Assembly (NCBI GenBank): GCA_963751575.1
Contig: CAVVUX010000003.1
Span: 401,358-465,357, forward strand
DNA from: an uncultured Chloroflexia bacterium
Lineage (GTDB): Bacteria > Chloroflexota > Anaerolineae > Anaerolineales > UBA11858
Length of the DNA: 64,000 bases
Reading direction: 5' to 3'
This document shows positions 49,236 to 58,025 of this stretch, piece by piece (the stretch's first letter is position 1; each line of letters opens with the position of its first letter). Under the pieces are notes generated by a model. It saw nothing but the letters and a program-made list of their open reading frames with translations. It had not been told where the DNA came from and ran no database searches. The position numbers and the translations under genes are program-made.

Positions 49236-50647
49236 CTGTCCAAAACCAAAACCAGCCAGCAGGCTGTGTCTAGACCACCCAGGTAGTCCAGGACTGGATC
49301 CGGTTCTCCCAGGTGGCTCCGGGAGAGACTGAATCCGATATAAAGGATCGGAATGAACAGCAGATATGTCCAAGCACCTTCGCAGAATCGTTCTTCAAAG
49401 ATAATGGCTGTTGCGCCTGTGGTGAGAACTGCGGCAATCACAGTTCCAGGAATCAGAAGCACCTTGCTGAAGGATAATTTTTCTCGGGCCTGACGGATTA
49501 AACGTTTGGTGACTGCCCACCCGGTCATACTTAGCAGGATAAAAACACCAGCAGCATAGATTGCCAGATAAGTCTCTTCATTGGTGCCGAACAGCAAAAA
49601 GGCCAGACTGACAATACCAACTTCCAACCAAACAGGTTTATCAGCCACGTCATATTCATTTTGCTGGCCCAGGTTGGGTGGAATATAGTTACGTTTCTTC
49701 AATCCCAGAGCCAGGTTTTGCAAACCCTGGGCACTGGCTGCTGAAGCAGACATCAGCACTGCAATTCCGACGATTGTCCCCAGGATAGGCAGGGGAGATG
49801 GAAGTAAGGCATCCATAGTCTGAGTAAAAACAGATACGTGTTGATTTGTGGGATCTGAGATTGCAAGGATGGCGGGTCCAACTATGAGCATAGTAGCAAC
49901 TGTTGTACCCATGATAATCAACAGGCTGCTGAACGCTCGCCGGCTGCGCACCTCATCTGATCCTTCATAGGCAGCCACAAGATTGGCAAAGACCTCAATA
50001 CCAGTCATCACCGCCAGAATGCGAACATACCCCGCAATAGTGAAATGAAAGTACTCTCCCTGGAAGGCTTGCAAATTGAAGTCCGGCAGCTGTAAGCCCC
50101 GCTGCCATAATGTTGCGCCAATCATAACCCACAATAAAACCAGAACACCGGCTGTAGCGGGACCAAAGGTCCGGGCTGCAACCTTTGGGCCTCTATTCAC
50201 CAACCAACCTGTAAGTACGCTCAGGGCAATGGCCACTATTGTTCGATATTGAATTCCAATTAATGTTTCATTCAGGAAGGGGAGCCTATCAGCGATAAAG
50301 GTAACCATAGCTGCCATGCTGACAAGGAAAGTCAGGGTGTATTCCACAAATGTGATTGCAGCATTGATTTTGACAGCCCAGCTGCCGAATTCTTCCTCAC
50401 TTAATCCGCTGCCGCCGCTTCCATCGGTTACCCATCTCATCACCAATCGATACATGGCAGAGACCACCATGATAGTGATAATCACCAGCCAAAGAGAGGC
50501 GCCAAATGTGATTTTGGCAACTCCTGCAACTACGATCAGCTTTAAGAACGGTCCAAAAACATATAAAGGAGACGTTGCGGGATCACCACCACCCGCCAGG
50601 GCTCCTTCAAATGCGTTATTTAATTTATTTGATATTTTGACAGCCAT
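49217..50647 (-). CDS. APC-superfamily permease
   Basis: 476 aa, about 12 TM. N-terminal GGGDPATSPLYVFGP motif. Substrate unknown. Confidence 0.75.
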   Translation of the reverse strand: MAVKISNKLNNAFEGALAGGGDPATSPLYVFGPFLKLIVVAGVAKITFGASLWLVIITIMVVSAMYRLVMRWVTDGSGGSGLSEEEFGSWAVKINAAITFVEYTLTFLVSMAAMVTFIADRLPFLNETLIGIQYRTIVAIALSVLTGWLVNRGPKVAARTFGPATAGVLVLLWVMIGATLWQRGLQLPDFNLQAFQGEYFHFTIAGYVRILAVMTGIEVFANLVAAYEGSDEVRSRRAFSSLLIIMGTTVATMLIVGPAILAISDPTNQHVSVFTQTMDALLPSPLPILGTIVGIAVLMSASAASAQGLQNLALGLKKRNYIPPNLGQQNEYDVADKPVWLEVGIVSLAFLLFGTNEETYLAIYAAGVFILLSMTGWAVTKRLIRQAREKLSFSKVLLIPGTVIAAVLTTGATAIIFEERFCEGAWTYLLFIPILYIGFSLSRSHLGEPDPVLDYLGGLDTACWLVLVLDRWLQRQ

Positions 50648-50860
50648 ATTCTTCTTTCCTGCTCTCCCGTGGTGAATGACCGGGAAATGCCTATTGGATC
50701 AGACCATGATACAAATAGGGGAAGCAGTCGCAGATCTCAGCAACCACCTCCACCTTGAATTCCTCAAAAAAAATAGCAAGGAAATCCCTGCTATTCATTC
50801 GTCTGACCTTGTTTTACAATTATACCGTATTTTAAACTGCACTCCAAGCCCAGGGAAGGA

Positions 50861-52021
50861 TTGAAAATGATACCGATTAAAGAGCTCTTCTTATTAGATC
50901 GGGAGGTAATCTTCCTAAATCACGGTTCTTTTGGAGCTACTCCCAGACCTGTCTTCACTGATTATCAGCATTGGCAGCTCTTACTGGAAAAGCAGCCAGT
51001 CCAATTCCTCGCTCGGGATATCTTTAAGTATCTCCAGGGTTCACGTCAAAGACTGGCTGAGTACCTCGGCGCAAACCCTTCTGACCTGGTTTTTGTTCCA
51101 AATGCAACATTCGCTGTGAATATTATCGCTCGCTCCCTTAAGTTAGCTCCGGGGGATGAGGTGATCATCAGCAATCATGAATATGGGGCATGCGAAAATG
51201 TATGGTTGTTCTTATCACAAAAAAGAAGTTTTAATGTGGTCCGAGCTGCTATCCCCCTGCCTCTTCCCTCTGAAACTGAGATCATCGGGGAAATTTGGAG
51301 CAAAATCACTGACCGAACCAGATTGATCTTTTTAAGTCAGATCACATCGCCAACCGCAGTCCAGCTGCCAGTCAAAAAAATCTGCCAGAAAGCCAGGCAG
51401 GATGGGATCCAGGTCTTTGTTGACGGAGCTCATGCGCCTGGCCAACTGGAACTTGATCTAATGGATATTGGGGCTGATTATTACACCGGGAACTGTCATA
51501 AATGGCTGTTGGCTCCCAAGGGTGCGGGTTTTCTTCATGTCCATCCAGAGAGGCAACCACTTATCGAGCCTTTGGTTGTCAGCTGGGGATGGGGAAAAAA
51601 TTCCCCCTACAAGAGTGAGTCCAAATTCATCCAGGAGCAGGAGTGGTGGGGAACGATGGATCCCGCAGCCTATCTAAGTGTTCCAGCGGCACTGGATTTT
51701 CTGGAGGACCATAATTGGAGTGATGTCAGGGAAAAATGCCGGGGTTTGTTGAAAACAATCTTGAGGGAGATAGAAATCCTGACTGGCTTCCCTTCGATCT
51801 CCGGTGAAGATCAAGCAGCCTATCTGCAGCTGGGTGCGGCAGAACTGCCTGGGAGCTGCCAGCCTGAAAAACTTCAGAGCTGGTTGTACAGCAATTATCA
51901 GATTGAGATCCCTGTGATTTCCTGGGAAGGGCGCTGGTTGATCAGGCCTTCCGTGCAGGGATATAACACACCGGAAGATCTGGACCAATTACTAGCTGCA
52001 TTAAAAAAATATCTGAACTAG
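50861..52021 (+). CDS. Class V aminotransferase (isopenicillin-N epimerase / cysteine desulfurase-like)
   Basis: 386 aa (ATG alternative at 50867). FLNHGSFGATP, DGAHAPG, and the NCHKWL PLP-lysine region. Confidence 0.8.
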   Translation: MKMIPIKELFLLDREVIFLNHGSFGATPRPVFTDYQHWQLLLEKQPVQFLARDIFKYLQGSRQRLAEYLGANPSDLVFVPNATFAVNIIARSLKLAPGDEVIISNHEYGACENVWLFLSQKRSFNVVRAAIPLPLPSETEIIGEIWSKITDRTRLIFLSQITSPTAVQLPVKKICQKARQDGIQVFVDGAHAPGQLELDLMDIGADYYTGNCHKWLLAPKGAGFLHVHPERQPLIEPLVVSWGWGKNSPYKSESKFIQEQEWWGTMDPAAYLSVPAALDFLEDHNWSDVREKCRGLLKTILREIEILTGFPSISGEDQAAYLQLGAAELPGSCQPEKLQSWLYSNYQIEIPVISWEGRWLIRPSVQGYNTPEDLDQLLAALKKYLN

Positions 52022-52431
52022 GGTTTTGGCAGTTCATATAATTCCAGCAGGACCCCACCGCTGCTCTTGGGATGAATAAAAGCCAGCTTACGTCCATCAT
52101 CCATCTTGATCGGTTCCTGGTCGATCAAACGAACGCCTTTTTCACTTAGCTCACTGAGTTTAGCAGCGATATCATCAACTTCGATGCAAATATGGTGTAA
52201 TCCGGGCCCGCGTTTTTCCAGGAATTTTGCCAGTCCTGAGCTGTCAGATGTTGGTTGGACCAGCTCGATCTCGCTTTCACCCACTGGCAAAAAAGCAATT
52301 TTCACTTCCATACTCGAGACGGTTTCGACGTGATCGAGGCCCAATCCCAGCTGTTCCTGCCAGAAAACAAGGGCCTGATCCAGGTCAGGAACCAGCACAG
52401 CCACATGGTTAAGACGGATAAGATTGCTCAT
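52018..52431 (-). CDS. mce: Methylmalonyl-CoA epimerase (VOC family)
   Basis: Start set at MSNLIRLNHVAVLVPDL. GPGLHHICIEVDDI and FIHPKSSGGVLLEL are typical. The longer ORF (to 52485) runs through a 15-bp inverted repeat. Confidence 0.8.
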   Translation of the reverse strand: MSNLIRLNHVAVLVPDLDQALVFWQEQLGLGLDHVETVSSMEVKIAFLPVGESEIELVQPTSDSSGLAKFLEKRGPGLHHICIEVDDIAAKLSELSEKGVRLIDQEPIKMDDGRKLAFIHPKSSGGVLLELYELPKP

Positions 52432-52467
52432 AAAGGATATTATATTATAGAGTGGTTGTGATAAGTG

Positions 52468-52504
52468 AGAGACCTCGGAGGTCATTCTGACCTCCGAGGT
52501 CTCT
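52468..52504. repeat. 15-bp perfect inverted repeat (AGAGACCTCGGAGGT-cattctg-ACCTCCGAGGTCTCT)
   Basis: Read directly. Lies between divergent mce and the corrinoid gene, followed by AGTTTTG on the + strand. Either an operator or an RNA hairpin. Confidence 0.85.
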
Positions 52505-52563
52505 AGTTTTGACTAAAACTGCGATAGAATAAATTGAAAATAAGCATACGACAGGATTTGAAG

Positions 52564-53202
52564 ATGAAAGAGAAAATTCAAGATGTCTACCAGGCAGTAA
52601 TCAAAGGAGCCATGGCCGAAACCAGCCTGCTCGTACAAGCGGCGTTAGATTCAGGTGCAGATGCGGATTCAATCCTCAAAGAAGGATTAATTGCGCCTAT
52701 GGGAGAAATTGGCAGATTATTCGAGGCCGGGGAAGTTTATGTTCCGGAAATGTTGATCTCTGCCAAATCGATGAAATTTGGACTGGAGCTTTTACGCCCA
52801 CACCTGGTGGCGGCCGATGTTCAGCCCCTCGGCCGAATTGTGATATGTACTGTCCAGGGTGATCTGCATGATATTGGCAAGAACCTGGTAGGCATGATGA
52901 TGGAAGGCGCTGGATTTGAGGTCATTGATCTGGGTGTTGATGTAAAACCGGAAGAACTGATCGCGGCAGTGAAAGAACATCAACCTGGCATTGTGGCGCT
53001 GTCAGCCTTATTGACCACAACCATGGGCAACATGAAAACATCCCTAGAAATGATGAAGGATGCAGGAGTTAGGAATGATCTAAAAGTGATGATCGGTGGT
53101 GCGCCGGTGACTCAGGAATATGCAGACAAAATCGGTGCTGACGGATATAGCCCAGACGCCAGCAAGGCAGCGAACAAAGCGAAAAAATTGATCACGAAGT
53201 GA
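52564..53202 (+). CDS. Cobalamin-binding corrinoid protein (B12-binding_2 cap plus B12-binding domain, COG5012-like)
   Basis: DxHxxG motif in VQGDLHDIGKNLV, SALLTTT, and the GGAPVT glycine loop. ATG at 52564 with an AGGA SD (the ORF track starts at TTG 52534). Confidence 0.85.
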   Translation: MKEKIQDVYQAVIKGAMAETSLLVQAALDSGADADSILKEGLIAPMGEIGRLFEAGEVYVPEMLISAKSMKFGLELLRPHLVAADVQPLGRIVICTVQGDLHDIGKNLVGMMMEGAGFEVIDLGVDVKPEELIAAVKEHQPGIVALSALLTTTMGNMKTSLEMMKDAGVRNDLKVMIGGAPVTQEYADKIGADGYSPDASKAANKAKKLITK

Positions 53203-53230
53203 GACCGACCTCCGAGGTTGTCATCGCATA

Positions 53231-53594
53231 CTAGCTGATCCAACCTCCACCAAAATTGATCACGAAGTCGCCGTTATCTTCAAACTCAATCAGGTACCAA
53301 TTGCCATCACCCGCCAACGGACCTGCCTGATAGCCAAATTCGATAACGATTGATTTTATCTTCCTCGTCCCTGGTTTTAACGTTATACCCAAAAACTCCT
53401 CCAGTATAAAAAATCTCATCCAGGGTAAGACCTTCATCAATGCTTTCGATGACAAATTTCATGGCCAGAGTATCCTGGTAATCTTTCATCACTCTGAAAA
53501 ATTCCAAAAAGAATTCGTCGCCAAGTTTTTTTCTTGCCCTGTAGATCCTCTTTTCGCGCGTGCTGAGATCAAAGTAATTGGGTTTTTTCATCAT
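53231..53594 (-). pseudogene. Hypothetical small protein, frameshifted in an A4/T4 run (53375-53378)
   Basis: The two overlapping ORFs join as ...FYTGGVFGYNVK | PGTRKIKSIVIEFGYQAGPLAGDGNWYLIEFEDNGDFVINFGGGWIS* if one A of AAAA is removed. Confidence 0.55.
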
Positions 53595-53635
53595 TAGTTT
53601 TTTCTAAATATAGAGCTTGATTTTCTATCAAGATC

Positions 53636-55288
53636 TCAAAATAATCCGGAAGGCCGATATTCGCCCCAGACCTCCCTGAGCACTCCCGTTATCTCCCCCA
53701 GGGTCAGCTCCGCTTCTACACAATCAATAAAACATGGCATCAGATTTTCAGTGCCGGCGGCAGCAGCTTTCAGCATCAGTATTAATTCAGCAACCTTCTT
53801 ATGATCTCTTTTTTCCCTCAGATTTGCCAAAGATTCAGATTGGGCTTGCTCCAAGATCGGATCAACAGATAATAATTCCAGAGTTAGGTCTTCCTCCATT
53901 TGGTAGATGTTAACTCCGACCTGGTTGGCATCCCCTTTTTCCAGATCGATCTGGTATGCAAAGGCAGCATCTTGAATTTCTCCCTGGATATATCCATTTT
54001 CGATACCAGCCAGGGCCCCACCCTGGCGATCGATCTCATCCAGGTAGGCCTTGGCCCGGGATTCGATCTGATCGGTGAGTTCTTCTATCAGGTATGATCC
54101 ACCCAGAGGATCTATGGTATTGGCTATGCCTGATTCCTCAGCCAGAATTTGTTGAGTGCGCAGAGCAATCTGGACAGCCTCCTGTGTTGGCAGACTCAGC
54201 GCTTCGTCCATGCTGTTGGTATGGAGGGATTGAGTACCTCCCAGGACTGCTGCCAGGGCCTGGAGAGCGACCCGGACCACGTTATTATGTGGCTGCTGGG
54301 CGGTCAAAGTGGAACCCGCAGTCTGGGTGTGGAAGCGAAGTTTAAGGGCATCCGGATCAGATGCCCCGAACCTTTCCCCCATGATTCTGAACCACAATCT
54401 CCGGGCTGCCCGGTATTTGGCAATCTCCTCCAAGAAGTCGTTATGGGCATTAAAGAAAAAGGACAGCCGCTTTCCAAAGCTGTTCACATCCAAACCCGCC
54501 TTAACAGCCGCGTCAACATAAGCGATGCCATTTGCCAAAGTAAAAGCAACTTCCTGGACAGCGGTGGACCCTGCCTCCCTGATATGGTAGCCGGAAATAC
54601 TGATCGTATTCCAGCGCGGCACCTCAGTTTGGCAATATTGGAACAGATCAGTGATCAATCGCATGGATGGTTGAGGTGGAAAGATATATGTCCCCCGGGC
54701 TATATATTCCTTTAAAATATCATTTTGGACTGTACCACGGAGGGATTTGGGATCGATTCCCTGTTTTTTCGCAACGGCAATATACATGGCCAACAAAATA
54801 GCTGCCGGGGAATTGATTGTCATGCTGGTAGATACTTTATCGAGCGGGATTCCCATAAACAGCGTTTCCATATCCCGCAGCGAAGAAATCGGTACGCCGA
54901 CTTTGCCAACTTCGCCTGCTGCCAGTGGGTGATCAGAATCGTAACCGATCTGGGTCGGCAGATCAAAAGCTACTGACAGGCCGGTTTGGCCCTGCTCCAG
55001 TAAATAGCGGTAGCGTTGATTGGATTGCTCAGCACTGGCATAGCCCGCATACTGCCGCATGGTCCAGAGCCTGCCCCTGTACATGGTGGGATAAACACCC
55101 CTGGTGTAGGGAGGTTCTCCAGGAAAACCCAAATTCCTATCATAATCCAAGGGAATTTCCGGCAGGGCTATTCGAGGTACAGGAATGCCCGAACCTGTCT
55201 GGAAGTGATTTTTACGCTCGGGAAATGTTTCCTGGGAAGATTTTAGGATCTCCTCTTCCCATTTTTTCTTCCGATCCTGGTTGGTCAT
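53636..55288 (-). CDS. Methylmalonyl-CoA mutase-family large subunit (catalytic TIM-barrel only, no B12 domain)
   Basis: 550 aa. [36 protein letters not shown] motifs. Ends before the B12-binding domain found in fused MutB. Confidence 0.88.
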   Translation of the reverse strand: MTNQDRKKKWEEEILKSSQETFPERKNHFQTGSGIPVPRIALPEIPLDYDRNLGFPGEPPYTRGVYPTMYRGRLWTMRQYAGYASAEQSNQRYRYLLEQGQTGLSVAFDLPTQIGYDSDHPLAAGEVGKVGVPISSLRDMETLFMGIPLDKVSTSMTINSPAAILLAMYIAVAKKQGIDPKSLRGTVQNDILKEYIARGTYIFPPQPSMRLITDLFQYCQTEVPRWNTISISGYHIREAGSTAVQEVAFTLANGIAYVDAAVKAGLDVNSFGKRLSFFFNAHNDFLEEIAKYRAARRLWFRIMGERFGASDPDALKLRFHTQTAGSTLTAQQPHNNVVRVALQALAAVLGGTQSLHTNSMDEALSLPTQEAVQIALRTQQILAEESGIANTIDPLGGSYLIEELTDQIESRAKAYLDEIDRQGGALAGIENGYIQGEIQDAAFAYQIDLEKGDANQVGVNIYQMEEDLTLELLSVDPILEQAQSESLANLREKRDHKKVAELILMLKAAAAGTENLMPCFIDCVEAELTLGEITGVLREVWGEYRPSGLF

Positions 55289-55324
55289 TGTGCCTTCCTG
55301 CGTTTTCTTGAGTATACCCTCTTT

Positions 55325-55363
55325 GGGAGGGATCCGGTCCCTTTAAGGGACCGGATCCCTCCC
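55325..55363. repeat. Palindromic REP-like element, form A (17-nt arms)
   Basis: gggaGGGATCCGGTCCC-tttaa-GGGACCGGATCCCtccc. Lies in the divergent region between the mutase start (55288) and the OsmC start (55451). Confidence 0.9.
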
Positions 55364-55450
55364 TTTCAACATTATTATATAGTTCTTATTTCTAACAGTG
55401 CGGTAGAGTTTATAATAACTTCTGAATTCAAAATTACCAAGGACTTAATT

Positions 55451-55876
55451 ATGGAACTCAAGACCAAGCAAGTAAAACTGGAATGGCTCCGATCCCGCAT
55501 GTTTGTAGGCACCGATCACATGGGAAAATCGATTGCGATCGGCTATTTGCGGGAAGATGATCCTGAGGGACACGCTGTCAATCCAGCTGATTTAATGCTG
55601 CTTTCAGCTGCTTCCTGTTCTGCCTATGATGTTGTCCAAATCCTCGAAAAAGGCAAACAGCCTCTTGAGAATTTAAGAGTTGACGTCAGCGCTGAACAGA
55701 GTCAGGAACCCCCCTATCCATACGTTTCCCTGCACTTTAACTATATTATTAAGGGGGATATAGCGCCTGACAAGGTCGAGCGGGCGATCCAGCTCTCAGA
55801 GGAAAAGTATTGTTCGGTATTGGCGACTCTCAAACCTGGATTGACCTTCACGAGTGAATACACAATTGGAAACTGA
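55451..55876 (+). CDS. OsmC-family peroxiredoxin-like protein
   Basis: 141 aa with the conserved Cys pair context (LLSAASCSAYD ... EEKYCSV). Confidence 0.85.
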   Translation: MELKTKQVKLEWLRSRMFVGTDHMGKSIAIGYLREDDPEGHAVNPADLMLLSAASCSAYDVVQILEKGKQPLENLRVDVSAEQSQEPPYPYVSLHFNYIIKGDIAPDKVERAIQLSEEKYCSVLATLKPGLTFTSEYTIGN

Positions 55877-56255
55877 TCCTTTTCCAGCAGGTTTACACCC
55901 CCTGGCTGTGGAGGGCATTGAATTATTTAACAGGGGAAAATATTATCAAGCTCACGATCCACTAGAGGAAGCCTGGATGAAAACCCAGTCCCCTGAACGG
56001 GACTTGTATCAGGGCCTGCTTCAGATCGGGCTGGCTTACTACCAGATCTCGCGCGGAAACTACCGGGGTACATTAAAAATGTTTAAACGGGGGCAGCAAA
56101 ACTTAGAAAATCTTGGAGACTCTCTTCTGGGAATTAATATCAGCCAGTTGATTGAAGATTCCCGGGCAATTGAAAGTATCATCCGTAATCTTGGTGATTC
56201 CCAAATGGATCAATTTAACCCCGGGATATTAAAACCCGTCCCTTTCCTAGACTAG
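55854..56255 (+). CDS. DUF309-domain protein
   Basis: 133 aa. LFNRGKYYQAHDPLEEAW...LYQGLLQIGLAYYQISRGNYRG. GTG start overlapping the OsmC end. Confidence 0.75.
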   Translation: MNTQLETDPFPAGLHPLAVEGIELFNRGKYYQAHDPLEEAWMKTQSPERDLYQGLLQIGLAYYQISRGNYRGTLKMFKRGQQNLENLGDSLLGINISQLIEDSRAIESIIRNLGDSQMDQFNPGILKPVPFLD

Positions 56256-56295
56256 GGTTCGACGGGGACAATTTGGATCTTGATTGAAAAAAGTC

Positions 56296-57027
56296 TCAGG
56301 AAAATAAGTTGTAGCGGAAAATGCAGTACACTGTCCTGACTCCATCCCGCCAGGAGATCTTTTTGCCTTCTTCGAAGGTTCTGCCGTAGTAGGAGATTCC
56401 AACTTCGTAAATTCTCGCGCCAAGCTTTGATATTTTTGCGGTTATTTCAGGTTCGATCCCAAATCCTCGTTCGCGGATAGTAATTTGATCGATGACATCC
56501 CTCTTGATCATTTTGTAGCATGTTTCCATATCGGTCAAATTCAGGTTTGTAAACATATTGGACATAAACGTCAATAATTTATTACCAATGGAATGCCAAA
56601 AGAATAAGATCCGATGAGGAGAACCTCCCATAAACCGGGAGCCATAGACCACATCTGCATGACCGCTGAGTATCGGCGCTAAAAGTTTGTGATATTCCTC
56701 GGGTTCGTATTCAAGATCAGCATCCTGGATGATCATCACATCACCACTAATCTGCTGGATCCCGCTGTTAATGGCAGCTCCTTTGCCCAGATTCCTTTCG
56801 TGAAAAAGAACTTTTAAATGTCCAATTGTTAGTTCAGGATGGTTATTATCCGCCGGAATTAATCCTCCATTCACTTCAAGTTCCTTCAGGAATTCCCGGG
56901 TTCCATCCGTCGAGAAATCATCTACAACAATAATCTCTTTATCAATATTGACATAGTGAACTTTCCGGAGAATCTCCCGAATCGTATTAAGTTCATTATA
57001 GGCAGGTATTAAAACTGACAATTTCAT
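56296..57027 (-). CDS. Family-2 glycosyltransferase (polyprenyl-phosphate sugar synthase-like)
   Basis: 243 aa. LSVLIPAYNE, VVDDFSTDGT, and DADLEY (the DxD region). Confidence 0.88.
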   Translation of the reverse strand: MKLSVLIPAYNELNTIREILRKVHYVNIDKEIIVVDDFSTDGTREFLKELEVNGGLIPADNNHPELTIGHLKVLFHERNLGKGAAINSGIQQISGDVMIIQDADLEYEPEEYHKLLAPILSGHADVVYGSRFMGGSPHRILFFWHSIGNKLLTFMSNMFTNLNLTDMETCYKMIKRDVIDQITIRERGFGIEPEITAKISKLGARIYEVGISYYGRTFEEGKKISWRDGVRTVYCIFRYNLFS

Positions 57028-57325
57028 ATCGATCCGCCAACTACATTAAATAGGATTGATTAATTATATCTCAAGGAGATTGCTCACGAGTGATATTGAC
57101 AGGTTAATTTCTAGGATTCAAGGATTGTTACGCAGGGATTTCCAAGTTTGAACCGGCCAGCGCGTACACTCTCCATCATAGGTCAAGCGCAGAAAAGGCC
57201 AGTATGTCCCAATCCTGGATATCGGAACGTATCCCACCATTAAAGGGCTCCACCCCTGAGCGATGACTCCCAGGGGAGCAGAAAGAAATCCAGGGTCTGA
57301 ATTTGGATTGATGCTGATTTTGTGC

Positions 57326-57847
57326 TCAGGAACTCAGATCCTGGTAATAGTTTTTCTCACCTGCCCTGATCGGTACTTTTAGCCGATTTTCTTGGGGAGG
57401 GATCGGGCAGCTGAAAAATGGAGAATAGGCACACCAGGGATTATAGGCCAAATTAAAATCGACCCGGTATAGATTATGATCCAGCTGCTCGATCTCCAAA
57501 TACCTTCCTGCTCCGTAGGTTTCCTTCCCGCTGGTAGCATCAACAAATGGCACAAACAAACCGCCAGCGAGCGATGAATAAACTGTCAGTTCTGCCAATT
57601 CTCCGTCCACCTCAAATTGGAATTTGCCAAGCTTTACATATTGCTGCAAATCTCCGGTGCTGGTCTGCATTTCAACCTGGACCTGTTCGTTTTCAAGTTC
57701 AATGACTGTATCAAATCTCAGGTGCGGGTTATCTGGATAATAATTTAATCCCTGGAATTTTTCTTTCTCTTCCGCAGCCAGAGGGGAATGGTGATCACTC
57801 TTAAAAAATGTGTCTTTCTGCTGGCGGAATTCTGATAGATTTGTCAT
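57326..57847 (-). CDS. DUF1684-domain protein
   Basis: Start set at MTNLSEFRQQKD. ...GLNYYP...GRYLE...DFN.AYNP.CAY...CP.PP..N is the DUF1684 pattern. The upstream 98 codons of the ORF look non-coding. Confidence 0.75.
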   Translation of the reverse strand: MTNLSEFRQQKDTFFKSDHHSPLAAEEKEKFQGLNYYPDNPHLRFDTVIELENEQVQVEMQTSTGDLQQYVKLGKFQFEVDGELAELTVYSSLAGGLFVPFVDATSGKETYGAGRYLEIEQLDHNLYRVDFNLAYNPWCAYSPFFSCPIPPQENRLKVPIRAGEKNYYQDLSS

Positions 57848-58025
57848 TCTTGCCTCGCAAATGTGATTTCCTCCCTCTGATAGATTGACTTTACGATATC
57901 TTACTGAAAACGATTTTGCCAGACAAACGAATTTGCACAGCCGGCAAACCAGAGATCGTCGATTTAATACCTTAACAGAAAAGAAGAAGATCCCAGGGCT
58001 AAAGAGTATATTAGAATAGAGTGAT

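Noticed and set aside
291-55363. Possibility that the palindromic repeats form a CRISPR array
   Set aside because: The copies are kilobases apart, each is an isolated hairpin, there are no regularly spaced spacers and no cas genes.
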